Assembly: GCF_006345805.1 (NCBI RefSeq)
Contig: NW_021837025.1
Location: 124,001 to 188,000 of the forward strand
Source: Octopus sinensis
Taxonomy: Eukaryota
Length of the DNA stretch: 64,000 bases
Direction of reading: 5' to 3'
Shown piece by piece: positions 26,715 through 39,647 of the stretch. A model generated the notes under the pieces. That model made no database searches. It was not told the DNA's origin and saw only the letters and a list, made by a program, of their open reading frames with translations. The translations under genes were made by a program, and so were the position numbers. Position 1 is the stretch's first letter. The number at the start of each line of letters is the position of its first letter.

Positions 26715-29169
26715 TTAGTAGCCCAAAAACAGTTTAATCAATTTAAGTTTATCCCCGAGTAAGTCTGCAATGAAGAAGGGGAATACCTTGTCATATTTTG
26801 ATCGATGAATGGAGAACTTTCTGGCGACGTTTGGATTGTCTCCTTTGAGGGGAGGCGCACAAACCAGGACGAGGACAAAAGACAAGAGCACAAAGACGAC
26901 CACAACAATTGCAATAATCCACATATTGTTCTGCGGTCACATCAACAAATACTTTTATTTTGTTTTTTATGTACACAATTAAGTTGCTGTTCAAAATCCT
27001 GTCGATTATGGACTTGATAGACGTGTCGCTGAACCGGGCTCTGCAAATGTGTTTTACGTCGCAGAAGAATTGGCCGGGACTTTCCGACTTGGCGTTCTGA
27101 TAGCAACTGCTGCCTGACTCGTCATGCACACATTTCACCAATTTGCGTCGTCAGGGACGCTATTCCGTAGTCTGACAGAAATTTGACCACTTTGGCAGGG
27201 AGGTTTAAGGTGTCAGTACTCAAAATACAATTTCCCTTGTCTTTCTGACACCCCAGGAGACAGTTTGTCCTCGAGTCATCTGTTTTGGGGAGACACTGAC
27301 TCCAGCCACTGTCCAGCATGCAAATGGAGCCATTGCAGGACTGGAATGAACAAGTGGAATACTCCTTTATTGCACACAAAGTGTCTGTTCTCTCCCCCTA
27401 TCGACATGTTGCAGATTTGTCCCTCGTTGGAAGGCTTGGGGAGGGGGCAGTTGAAACTGGTTCCGTCACCTGAATGTGAGGAATGAACTACATTTAGTCA
27501 TCTCTGAACAGCTCGACTGTTTCTGGCACTCCACTTGATCGGCGACCGTGGCCATCCTGCATTGGTAACAACACGGTCCGTGGAAGGCACTGCATGTCAC
27601 TATAAGGATACCTGCACGTGTATGTCGGGCTTTTAAATTTGCATTTGTCATCACAGCACGGATCGGAGGAGGACTGTGGCTCACATTCTTCCCCTTTGTC
27701 CAGAATTCCGTCCCCACACAGCAAAGACATGGATTCTGAAGACAATCTCTGTTTCATTACTTTTAAACGAATTGGCTCGCTCTGTGATTATCGGCCCTAT
27801 TTGCTTTCTGCTGCAGGAAGAAAAGAGTTTGTTGTTGGGCTTCTCCACCAGGGCGGCGAACTCTGCCATTATGTAGTTTCCGCCTGGACTGGCGTACCCC
27901 GGGGAACAGGACGTGTCTTTCGGGTCGTGCTGTGGACATTGTGCTCATTTCTAACCTCCGAGCCGAAAGCATGGCCCATTTCGTGTGCCAGCAAAGTGAC
28001 CGATTCCTGCAGTGTCACGTGTGTGTTCATGTTGGACTGAACTGTGATCAACACTGCGTCCGACTGTTTGAAGATCCCCGCATTCGTGCCAGATTTGGCT
28101 TGGAGTGAGAATGGAGTTCTACCCACGTTGGCCAGTCCCAGGATTGTGTCGTGCGACACTCCCGTCAAGAGCATTCGGGCACATTCATCTCCGTGAGTTG
28201 CCCCAAATTCGCGGTCAAATTGGGCGAGGTGGTTGTTGGCGGAGGAAGAGGGATTCTTCGACAACTCCCAACTTTTGGTCGTGTCGACCTGCACTCTCAA
28301 TTGGCCACCAACCACAATCGACTTTGGTCTGACCGTGATGTTGCTGTACGTCACTGATTTCACCTCATCTTCAAACAAGGTCGATTGAAAAATTTTCGAT
28401 GTTTCAGCAAACAAGTATTTTATTTCGTTCCTCAAAAAAGCCCTTGCCTGATTGTCAGTGTTCCTCTGAAAGTGTCATTATTCGACCAAACCGAATCCCT
28501 CACTTGCTTGTAAAGGATATAGTCCACGTAGACAGCCACAGGACAGATCATTGGGCTGTTCACAGTCGCCTGTCTTTTATTGACCCTCGCCTGTTTACGT
28601 GGAAGTTTGGTTGTGTGGTTGTGGTAACACCGCGGAACTGTTCTGGCAGTTCACTTAGAAAAGCAAACCGCTTTATTAAATCCGTGCCCTCGTCGAAAAT
28701 ACGTCGAAAGCCGATTGTGTGGATTTGTGTCAGTCCGGCCAGTTCCTTGAAGTTGGAGGCAGGCATCGTCTCTAATTGTATGTTGGGTGTTTCTATCCTT
28801 CCTCGGAAGAGTCCGTCGGGAACGATATACCCGGAGACATATGAGTCCAGCACGTCTTATTAATATATTGTATTTGTCTACCCGCGACAGTCCCTGAAAC
28901 AAACACAGTTTTGTCTGGAATGTCGTCCTCAATGTGCATTTCAAAGGTGCCCAAGTCCAGTCGAAATGTCCTGTTGGTTGAATTTGTCCAAACCTGTTGA
29001 AGACATTGAGACTGAATTGGAGTCTCTTCTCAGTCCCGTTTAAATACTGACTGAGTTTGGTGGTGTTGTACTGCACAGGTTCGTAATACTTCAATCCGGG
29101 AATGTCATGACTGGTGGACTGGCCATTGGAGAGTGCGATATACACAAGCAGGACAAAAAAAGGGCGCAT
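26715..29169 (-). CDS. ADAM10: ADAM10/Kuzbanian-like metalloprotease
   Basis: Signal peptide and prodomain; spliced HEMGHAFGSEHDP..GGNYIM; disintegrin CGDGILDKGEEC; Cys-rich region, TM helix and short tail. Confidence 0.85.
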
Positions 29170-29989
29170 TTGATTAAAAGAACTCAATTCGAATTATATT
29201 GTGTGGTTGACGCAGTTATGGATTGCGGTGACTAGCAGTTTCTAAATTAGCGTGGTCGGGCAAATTCGTTTCCTTATTTACAAATAACTGGAAGGTTTAA
29301 TGTGACCGATTGGTGATAACTGGACAGTTCTATTTGTAGTAAACTCTAATTGAGCCGGAAATGCAGTTGAGTCATTTTATAATCTGCTAAACTAATCTTG
29401 AATAAACCAATGAATCGTAAAGAACTGTCAATTCATGTTCTAACCACTAACCGATTTATTAACAAATGAATGTAACCAACATATCACATGCTAATGTCCC
29501 AAAAGTGAGAAGAGTCCCCACTAAAGGAACGATCTGGCTACTAATCCAGATATCAATGATGATCTGATATACAAGTAAGCAATGTGGAATTTCTAAAGTG
29601 GAAGCATTTATCTCAACACCTACCATAAGCTAAAGGCCCGAGACTTTAATTTAATTCTCATAGAATGTCACTGAAAGGAGCATTTCCCAATGAGTCCAAA
29701 GGTGTGCAAGCGCGGTTTTCAAGAAATGTGCATAGTAATAATTTCCAGGCCATAGGTAAGTAACCTAACGACCAACATATGGTGAAAAATAATTACTCCG
29801 GTGGACTAATAATTTCTTTAGTTGTGAACATTATTGGTAGGTAAAGACGGTAGTGATTCCCCTTCTGATTATAGACTGACCGGTGTCCGAAAAGACTTAG
29901 GAATTAAAATTTAATTAGAATATATTTTTAGGTAATTAAATTGAAATTTTAACCATGACACATTTTATACTAAAAATACATAAATTTGA

Positions 29990-31132
29990 ATGATGAACCA
30001 GATAGACCTAACCAAACCAAAATATGACCAATCTACATTCGGAGGACGCCTTAAACATTTTTTTAAACAAACAAATCCTCTGAACCTTCTCGTATCCCCA
30101 TCCAGACTCAGTCAAGCCAAGTCCCTGGTGGATGGACACATGTTACTCATACTGAGAATATACTCAGGCGAGGTGACACTCAAGGTGTGGAGGAAGAAAA
30201 GCTTTGGAAAGCAAAATACCTGGTAGATTCAGCCTACCACCCCGACACGGGGGAGAGGATGTTCGTGGTGGGGCGAATGTCAGCCCAGGTGCCCATGAAC
30301 ATGCTCATAACCGGCTGCATGCTCACATTCTACAAAAAACAGTCGCACATCATTTTTTGGCAGTGGATCAACCAGTCTTTCAACGCAATCGTGAACTACA
30401 CCAACCGAAGTGGCAAATCCCCCATCTCCCTCAGGTAGTCTCCCCACACAGTCCCCAGCACTCTGACCACCTCCTACATCTCTGCCACGGGAAGTGCGCT
30501 CTTCGTGGCACTGGGACTCAACCGACTATTCACAGTACTGACTGGTGGGCGTGTCTTAGAAACTGAAATTGCGGCCTATCTTCCTGCGGTTTACTCCCTT
30601 CGTGGCAGTGGTGGCCGCCAACTGTGTCAACATTCCTTTGATGAGACGCAGGTTGAGGTCCCCTCGACGGTAGTGAGTTGGCCAAGGGAATCCCCGTCTT
30701 TGACTGTGCTGGCAATTTCATCGACAATTCCAAGAATGCAGCCAAAAATGCAATTGCCAAGGTGATCGTGTCTCGGAATTTGATGGCTATGCCTGCCATG
30801 CGTATTCCCCCTGTCTACCCCCAGTGACTGTCCCCGTCCTCATGGAGAGGATTGAAAACAGGCCATTCCTTGCAGTAATACCCGCCCTTACTTCTAGAAA
30901 AACCCCTCACTGATAGCTCCACTGCAAGTCCTCATTTATGGAGTCTTGTTATCCCTGTTTTGGTCACGTTTAGTTTGGTGATCATGACTCCGCTGGGATG
31001 TGCCCTCTTCCCTCAGCAAAGGTTGGGTTCTGTTTGATGTGTAGTTCTCTCTCTGTGGCCAAATTGGAGGACAGTGTGAAGGATAGGGCAGTCGGGAAGG
31101 GCGACCGTGTCTATTTCAACAAGGGTCTCTAA
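29990..31132 (+). CDS. SFXN1: Sideroflexin
   Basis: [45 protein letters not shown] and YFNKGL*. The exact paralog (SFXN1-3) is uncertain. Confidence 0.92.
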
Positions 31133-31455
31133 TTTGACTGTTAGAACTAACCACGGGACTAAAAAAGTGGTCTTTATTATAGGGGTACCACAAGGAGTTG
31201 ACCCACCTGGTCACTCTAGTCTTTTTATATTTATTTAAAACTATTAGATTAGCTATTTAAAGAAGATATTATTAAATTTAAGGTACTCTTCATTCAACTC
31301 TGAAATTAAATATTTGTATTAAAGTGACTGTCCAACCCATTCGTGGTACATTCCGGAGTACTTGGGTTAGACTATGTTTATAATATATATTATTATAAGT
31401 ATTACTTCCATAATAATAAATAAACAAAAACGTGTTGTCTCTTGTGGATCCATTC

Positions 31456-31939
31456 ATGATTACACTGTCAACGATTGGTCTCCCATCAGAAGGGGTTATC
31501 TCAACCTGCGAGGAATCCGAAGCCTTCATAAACGGAGAACTGTCGGGGATAGGCACATTCTACATAGTCGAGGAGTATTCCGTGATATATAATTGACAGT
31601 TCTCTGGTGTGGGCCAACCGGGAGGCTACTGGCTTCCGTCTCTACTTTGAGAACATAACGAGTATTGGCCTATCGGAGTGCCTGGTGATACTCCACGGCA
31701 GTTCAGGTGAGGTTAACCAGCATTGCAGACTCGGAGGACGAAGACGTGGTCAGCATTAAGCCTCGTGACATTGGCCAATGTGAGTGGGGTTGCTCATTCT
31801 AGTGGCTGGGCTGTATCAGAGTGCCTGGGACTGCTTGGCCAAGAACTCGGAGGACTCTGCCAGTTGTCAGAATGGAGTACTTTCTTTAGATGGACATGAT
31901 TTGGTCGACGATTACCTCATGGAAACTGAGGACTTTTAG
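31456..31939 (+). CDS. CLNS1A: Methylosome subunit pICln
   Basis: Not in the ORF track. Three introns removed give EAFINGELSGIGTFYIVEDSLVW..GFRLYF..IKPRD..LYQSAWDC, matching EAVLNGKGLGTGTLYIAESRLSW..GFSLEY..FVPSD..MFTAMCEC. Confidence 0.8.
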
Positions 31940-32148
31940 TTTTGGACTTTTAAAATTTGTTTTGTTTTTAGTACACAGAATAAAGACTATTTTAGTATAT
32001 TTTTACGTATATTATGAAATTGACGATTATAATTGATTAATGTAATATTTATTAAATAATATATATTCGTTAAATAAATATATATAATTGATTAGAGCGT
32101 AATAACCTCGTGTTGTGATTAGTTTCCTGTTGCGCTTAATTTTTATTT

Positions 32149-34226
32149 ATGAGCGAAAATGGATTTAATAAATCGAAATGTTGTGTCGCCAATGGATGCA
32201 ATAAATGTGGAAAGAAACAAGATGTAAAAGTACTCAAATGTCTCCACGAGTTCTGCGTCGACTGTCTCACCCAAACACTCAATTCGTGTCTCCTCTGCCC
32301 CGAATGTGGCCGCAACACACAGGTAGGCAACTGCCTGACCAACCAGATCACCAACGCCAAGTCCATCAGCTACCTCCCCTCGGCAATAGTCCAAGGCCAC
32401 ATCTCCCAAGACAAGTGCAATAACCACCCCAGTGAGAGACTGACCCACTACTGCGTGTCCTGTCAGATCCCCGTCTGCAATGTGTGTGTCGAGAAAGACC
32501 ACGGAGATATGCCCCACGTCGTCAAACTGGTCTCGGAGACCACCGACATGTTTGTCCGTTGCCTCACCGTGGCCCACTGCGACGCCCTCCGTGTGAAGGA
32601 CTCGCTGGACTTGTCCGTGGCCAATTTGGTTCGGTCAGTGGACAAGGATCGAGCGGAGGAGGGGAAAGTGCGAGAATCCATCAACCGGAGATACGAGGAA
32701 CTGTCCTCCGCCCTCGAATCGGCCAGGGTGGTCTCCTCACAATATTCCAGGACGAGGCTCTGAATAAATTGGAGGAGTTGGAGCGGCAGAGAATTCCGAG
32801 TGACCGACTGGGGTTGTTGGAGAAAGGCGTGTTGGAGGCCGAGCGTTGTCTGGCAACATTCAGGGCGGTGTTCGATCACGGATCAGATCTGCAGAAGGTG
32901 ACGTACAGTCGGATTCTGGCGGGGAAGAATGAGGAGATAATGAAGGCGGATGACTGTGTGGAATCCCCTGAGATTCGGTTTGTGTGTGGGACTGGCACAT
33001 TGGGGGAGTCCATTAGGAGTTTGTTTGGCTGTGTGGTGAGTGGTGTGTTTATTTGTAGAGGACTGACGACGAGGAATGTCCGGGAACTCCATTCAGTCCA
33101 GTTCCCAGGGAATGTGTGGTGAGGAAGCCGATGGGGGAACCTGGTTGTCCTTCCAGCTGTATTTGTAGCCTATTCTGAGCAGCCTCTGTACAATCGGGGG
33201 AACGGGTGGTACCAGACACACCTCAACCCGGACTACTACAACCTGACTGCCTATGAACAGCCCAGCGGTATTGCCTGAGTGATATTCAGACGGGCGCTTT
33301 TTCAACAAGAGGCCAGTCCGGCTGTCCCCGATGGAGACGATATACAAGTTCGGTCTGTTGGGGGTGGGGGTCAACTGCTTCAGTTCCCCCCACGGGTTCT
33401 GCATGGGAGGCACCAAGGCGGACGAACGCGTGTTTATTGCCGACACGAATAATCACCGAATTCAGATATTCCGAGTGGACGGACAGTTTGTGCACAACTT
33501 TGGGTTGTCTGGGAGAGAGGACGGGCGTATTTGGTACCCCCGGAAGGTGGCGTATCTCAAGACGTCGCGGTGTGTGGTGGTGTGTGACCGCGGGAGTGAG
33601 CGATCCCGCATGCAAATATTCACGGAGGAGGGGGTCTTTGTCCGCAAGATCATAATCCGCTATATTGACATTGTGGCCGGCCTGGTCGTCACGTCCTTCA
33701 CGGGCGGGGTTGTTCGGAATGACGGGGAGCGGATGGACATGTCGGAGGTCATTGTGGCTGTGGACAGTGTCTCCCCCACTGTCTTTATCATATCTGAAAT
33801 GGGGGATCTCCTCCGCTGGTTTGACTGCAGTGACCACATGCGGGAGCCGTCGGACATAATTGTGCACAATGACTTGTTTTATATCTGCGATTTCAAGGTA
33901 CGGGGGGAGTGGCATTGCAGGGGCATTCCGTGGTGGTGTTCAGTAGTTGTGGCAAGTTTATTCACAAGATCGGGAACGAGAACATTACCAATTTCCCCAA
34001 CGGAATTGACATTGGGTCATCGGGGGACATTCTCGTGGGGGATTCGCACGGAAACCGGTTCCACGTGGCCGTGTTTTCGATGACGGGGGAGCTCATTACT
34101 GAGTTCGAGTGTCCCAAGATCAAGGTCAGTCGATGCTGTGGCCTCAAGATCACGTCCGAGGGCTACGTTGTGACACTGGCCAAGAACAATCACCACGTCC
34201 TGGTGTTGAATCGTCTCTTTATATAA
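32149..34226 (+). CDS. mei-P26: TRIM-NHL protein, mei-P26/NHL-2 type
   Basis: RING, B-box and coiled coil, then NHL repeats with [30 protein letters not shown] and [30 protein letters not shown]. Confidence 0.88.
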
Positions 34227-34527
34227 TTCCACATTTTTATTTACACGGCCTATTGCCTTGTAATGTTTTTCAGTTCATTAAACGTTTTTGTTTATTTATC
34301 GACCTGATTCATCAAATTTTATTTTAATGAAAAGAAAACAAATTAAGTTAGGAATGTATAGAAGGGAAACTCCGGGGGGGCTAAAGCACGCACCCTCCTG
34401 CGGAAAGTATCGCATGCGTGTTGCCACGGAGAATGGCGATGGATATCCGTGCAATAGCCACGAAACCGGGCCAATTTCCTCCCAATTTAATATAAATTTA
34501 AAATTCATCAAATTAGACTCTAATTAA

Positions 34528-35944
34528 CATTAAAACCTCTGGTGCTCGCCAACTCGTTAACTCGCCACCGTCTATTGCTCTCCCATATTGTTTCAAAATA
34601 AAAATTTCTAGTAATTTTGATAAATCTTCCATTTGCTCGCCATTAATTTTTAATATCTTTTTGATTAAACAATTTTTTATATAAAGTTGATCCAGAAACA
34701 GAATTGATGCATTACTTCTTTGATTCTCTGCAAGATTCAACCTATAATGCTACTATTTATACGCTAATGAAGTGGATTTTTTACAATTTCTATCCCTTCA
34801 AAAAGTGTTTGTCAGAAGGTTCGATATGGACATAAAAATCCTTAAAGAACGGTTAATTTTTTTATTTATTTTTTAGATTTTCTTGTTGCTATGCGCAAAT
34901 ATGACTGGACAGACAAAAAATTTCCACTTATGATTGGAAGTTCCAGAAACCTCGCTGCTTTTAAAATTTTAAAGTCGAAAATTTTGTCGATTACTGTATT
35001 CACCAAAGCATGGATGACAAGTAAAATTTTTAACGAATGGCTTTTGAACATGGGATAGGCATCTAAAAAACGAAATTCTTTTAGTTTTGGATCGATGCCC
35101 CTCCCATAAACTTTACGCTGATTTAGAGTCGATTGAAGTTCTTACCTACCTTCGAAGACTACAACCATTCTACAACCAATGGATCAAGAAATCATTAGAT
35201 CCTCAAAGGACATTTTAATAAACTTAAATTTGAGTTTATGTTAGAAAAAATTGAAAATGGAGAAAATCCACTGGAGCTCATAAAAAATTAATCTTAAAAG
35301 ACGGTCTTCTTTTTACATATTTTGCCTGGAAAAAAGTAACGACCAAAACAATTACAAATTGTTTCGGACATTCAAAATGGATCGAATGTGAAAATCAACT
35401 CGAAAGACCAACGTTGAAATTGATAATTATGATCAAATGGTAAATATCTTGAAAATATTGGACCCGGTGGATAAAGATGATTTTTTTAATCATGATTTAC
35501 CGAAATAGATGAAATTGAAGATTACCTTAATATGGAGATTCTTCCCACAAAAATATGACGATGAAGATACTCATAATGACGAATCTCATGTGAATTCAGA
35601 AGAGCTTTGAAAATGCTGAAAAGAATAAAGTCATTTCTTTATCAAAAATGAAAATTTTGCTATAAATTCGTTGGAACTAATCGACACCGTTATTAGAAAT
35701 ATGGCTGAATTAAAAAAAATATTAAAGATTTTTTAGTTAATTTTCCTTTTAATTCTTTCGATTCTCTTTGTTTCTTGCTCAAATATGACTTGGAAGGCTA
35801 CTTATGATCGGAAAGTATCGAAAACCGAGATGTTTTCAAAATTTCAAAGTCAAAAAATTATTGATTATTTCCATTGCTCGCCAAATTCTATTGCTTGCCA
35901 TTTTTTCTTGGTCCCGAAAATGGCGATAACCAGAGGTTTTACTG
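34528..35944 (+). mobile_element. pogo/Tigger element, same family as 20691, both ends present, frameshifted
   Basis: Right TIR CCAGAGGTTTTACTG+TA, degenerate left TIR, and near identity to 20691-21405. Confidence 0.9.
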
Positions 35945-35980
35945 TATTAGAGTGATTGGTCGCCTATTGGAACAAACAAA

Positions 35981-37953
35981 TTATATATCAAACAAGGAAT
36001 CGTCTTTTAAATATGCATTATTTTTTATGGCTCCGTTTAACTCCCGTCTGTGCTCACTCAGAGCAACTTGTTTAACATCTTCCAGACTAGAGGCAAAGGC
36101 GTCGATATCAGCAATGTCGATTTGAACCAAAGAAGGGGCCTCTGATCGTTAATTCCAACTGATAAACCAGAAATTTGTTTGTACATTGCACTGTTCGACC
36201 GACGGAATTGATCAAACTCTCCCAGCAGACGGTCGAGAGTATCTCTCCTGTGAATGTACTTGGTTACTAATTCAAGGGAAGTGCTTCGAAGTTGGGGATT
36301 GTTAGTGCACGTCTACAATCTCACTTCATGACTCACTTTGCGGTACATGAGAGTGTCCAGCAATGCCTTGTGAGTGTCCTCGTCCACTTTGTTTGTTTCG
36401 ATGTACTTTTTGATTTGATTGTTCGCACTTTCCACGCGTTTTGATTCTTTCCATGTCCGAATCTGCGAGTTGTTCCATGCAATCGACCTTATTTTGGAAA
36501 TTAACAAGTTTTTGTGTTCGTCTCCGATCGCTAATCATTTTCTGCACTTTTTTCCGGGCACTGTACCCACGGAAGGCTGTCTGGATTACGATGGAGGCTG
36601 AGACTCGCAGTTCGTTCTTGAAACTCGGCAAACTCACTAAATTGCCTGAAATATTACAACTTGGAGAGATCTGCTCGAGTTTGCAATATTTGTCTTCTTC
36701 TCGACTCCTCAGGGTGGCAATAACCTGGAGAGACTTGTCCAACTCCTCGATTTGTCTATTCTCGTGTCCTCTCTTCTCTCCCAGTTTGCTGGCACTCCTC
36801 TGCCTGTCTAATAGTGGTCAGGCCAACTTGAAATTCTTTTTAACAGAGTCGACCACCACTTTGAGTCGTCGGAGACATCTCCGACTGATGTAGCCTCGCC
36901 ATGTGGCCTGGATGATTACAGCCGCCTCCTCCTCCCTCGTCAGTCTCGACAACATCCTCAACTCGTGACGTGGCTTGGCCAAGCTTTCGTAGATGAAAAC
37001 AATGTTCTCCAGTTCTCGGTCTACGTGTTTGTTGGTCCACTTCCACACTGCTCGGATCATCAGTTCTGCGTCGATTACCGTCTCCACTTCCTCCGAGGTT
37101 TTCAGGGAGGAAAAGAGTTTGACCAAGCAGAGGACAGCCATTCTGGGATCACAGGAAAAGACATACCGAACGACCTCAGACACGTCAGTCTCAATCAAAG
37201 CAGTGAACAAATAAGACGAGAAACATTTCAAAATTTCAATCCTCCGGTCCCCACTGGTTTCCAAAATATTGTCGGCAAAGTAGGATTTCGAGATCAACTC
37301 CACACAGGGACCCAGCAGTGGACGGACTTTGACGTTGGTGATCACTCTGACTGTCTTGAGACTCAGAAGGACTGATTAGATCAGCTAAAATACCTCCAAA
37401 GACACTTTTTGTGTGGCGTTCCACAATTTTTGTAAACTCCTGGAAAAAACAGACACATGTATCGGTCATGGACTTTTGTCGGAGTGTCTGAAATAATAAA
37501 AAGAGACCAAACATGTTCATAGGACGAGTCCCTGACGGCTTGGGCAATCAAATCGACGAGTTGAGAGAACAGACAAGTCAAATCTTTTTCATGTGTTTGG
37601 TGTTGGTCGGGAGTTAGTTCGTCGAAACAGGATCTGGGAGTAGAGGGAGGCATTACATTGCGAAAAGGAGAATTCTTTCGGCTGTTTTCCACCTGCTGGG
37701 GACATTCGAACAGTCATGGCTAAGAATGATGGGAAAAACTTCCAGAAAATTATGAGCAATGACAATTTTTCTTATTATCGAAGCCTCAGTGAGAGACTTT
37801 GCCTGATCCACCCGATCTGATCATGAGTCGTAGAAATACACCTTTCAAGGCGATGATATGTCCGGGCATTTCCTCCAATGAAGATTCGAGAATTTGTCTT
37901 CTGATTTCCTCCACAAACTGTCCATGTTCGTACGTGATAGGACTACGTGCCAT
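35981..37953 (-). CDS. IQCB1: IQ calmodulin-binding ciliary protein NPHP5
   Basis: ILSHDCSNVPSRWKT~VLSQDYSRIQGGWTT; IQATWRGY and IQTAFRGY IQ motifs; C-terminal EAPSL. Confidence 0.78.
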
Positions 37954-38049
37954 ATCACTGTTGCCTGGATATTACAATTGTATATTTATTATTCTTGTAG
38001 GTCTCTTATAAAGTCTGTATTGGCATTTTGTGCCTCAATCGGATTTGTG

Positions 38050-38703
38050 AAGTACGCCTTGCTCATTAAGAGGACCTTTTTTATAGTTTTTTTAAAAGTC
38101 CTTAGTAACCCCGAACTTCCTGACATACAGGAAGCAGTCGGGTATTAAGCAACGCACTGCGTGAGCAGGTAACTTTCAGAGATCCCGAAACGCTGCGTGT
38201 GGTAACTACATTGCCGGTGGTTCAGGACAGGAGAAAAATAATGGAAGGACATCGGATTGGAGTTACATATGTGGCAGGGCCTTCTTTCTGGTTTTTTTCA
38301 GAGGGAAGGGTGATGTCTGCAGGAAAGTCTTTTCAAAAATGACACGTTTCTTTTTTGGCAATTCTGATTTATGTATTTCCGGGGGTGGTTCTTTGAGTAT
38401 TTTAGTGTTGTTTCCTAATGGAGGTGGTCAATAAAGAAAGATTTTAAACATCCGGTTATCGTTCTAAGCTTAGCATTTTGGACTCGTTTTAAGTTCTCAG
38501 GGGATGTGAGCGAGACACTCGGAGATCAACAAAGGGAGGCATACATCATTGTTATTTGGATAAATTGTTTGTATGTTAGTTTTGAACTTTCCTGGGCTTG
38601 TCCAAAGAAATAACCAGCACGTAGCGCATTCAGCTGGCTATACTACATATTGTGTGGGTAGAAAAACTCAGAGATTGATCATAAGTGACACACAGAATTT
38701 GAA
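38050..38703 (-). mobile_element. Decayed I/Jockey-like LINE RT C-terminal fragment
   Basis: ILCVTYDQSLSF..MMYAS..LKRVQNAKLRTITGCLKS..IDHLH. Confidence 0.65.
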
Positions 38704-38711
38704 GGTTTTTT

Positions 38712-39405
38712 GGTACTCTTGTCGAAGTGGTCGCAGTTTTTTAGGCCTTTTAAAAAATCTAATAATTTTTGAGGTGGAATATATTATATTTTATTTAAGT
38801 CGCTCTATCAATAATTTAAAATATTATTAAATTTTTTACTAATTTATTTTCTAATTTTTTTAATATTATGGCGAGCATGTACCTAATATTGATATAAACT
38901 GGCACTATAGGTCACATGGAAAATTCTGTTGTGGACTTATGCAACATCAAATTCCGACAGCTCCCAATAAGTAAGGAGGATGCAGTGCATTTTTTTTTTT
39001 TGGATCCAACGACGGGAGTGCACACCCAGACAGTAGAACGAATGTGGGGAAGTGCAAAATGCAAGAATAAAGCTCAAAGAGGAGCTGTAAGACATCATCT
39101 GGGATCTTATTTCGCAGGTTTTTTTAGTTAGTTATTTTTTCAGAATTTATGTGGCGAAAACAAATACAGAACTATAAGGAATCTTTTGCACAGATTGTAA
39201 AAGACATAAATTCCTTCTACAGTCCTGGAATTTGGATGCCGCGTACTAAAAATGACTAAATTGGTTAAATAAATTTTTAAATAATTTTAATAACCATTTA
39301 AATATTGATAGAGGGTTATAAATTAAATAATCTATTTTTCACTAAAAAAATTAATTAATTTTAATTATCTTCTAAAAAAACTGCGACCACTTCGACAAAA
39401 GTACC
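38712..39405 (+). mobile_element. Merlin (IS1016/ISXO2-like) internally deleted element
   Basis: TIR GGTACTCTTGTCGAAGTGGTCGCAG, exact 8-bp TSD GGTTTTTT (38704-38711 and 39406-39413), and DPTTGVHTQTVERMWGSAK..EFMWR. Confidence 0.93.
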
Positions 39406-39647
39406 GGTTTTTTGTTATGAATAAACAATTTCAAAATACAAAAAGTGACTTTAGATAGAGAAATGGATAGTTGGTTGATTGTAAAATTCTCGTTTTTAAT
39501 AAACCTTACTCAGAAATATAAGCTAATTAGTTATTTTAATTAATTAATATATATTAATGAAGAGGGCATGTTCATTTTTATCAAGAGTGGGTTGACGTGG
39601 AGTAATTGTATTAGGAATTGCCATTTTTGAGGCACATCCTCCCTTGT

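Noticed and set aside
32149-34226. Calling the TRIM-NHL gene brat
   Set aside because: It has a RING finger and mei-P26/NHL-2-type NHL motifs.
34370-34475. Short GC-rich island with a weak hairpin
   Set aside because: Pairing is too imperfect to support an ncRNA call.
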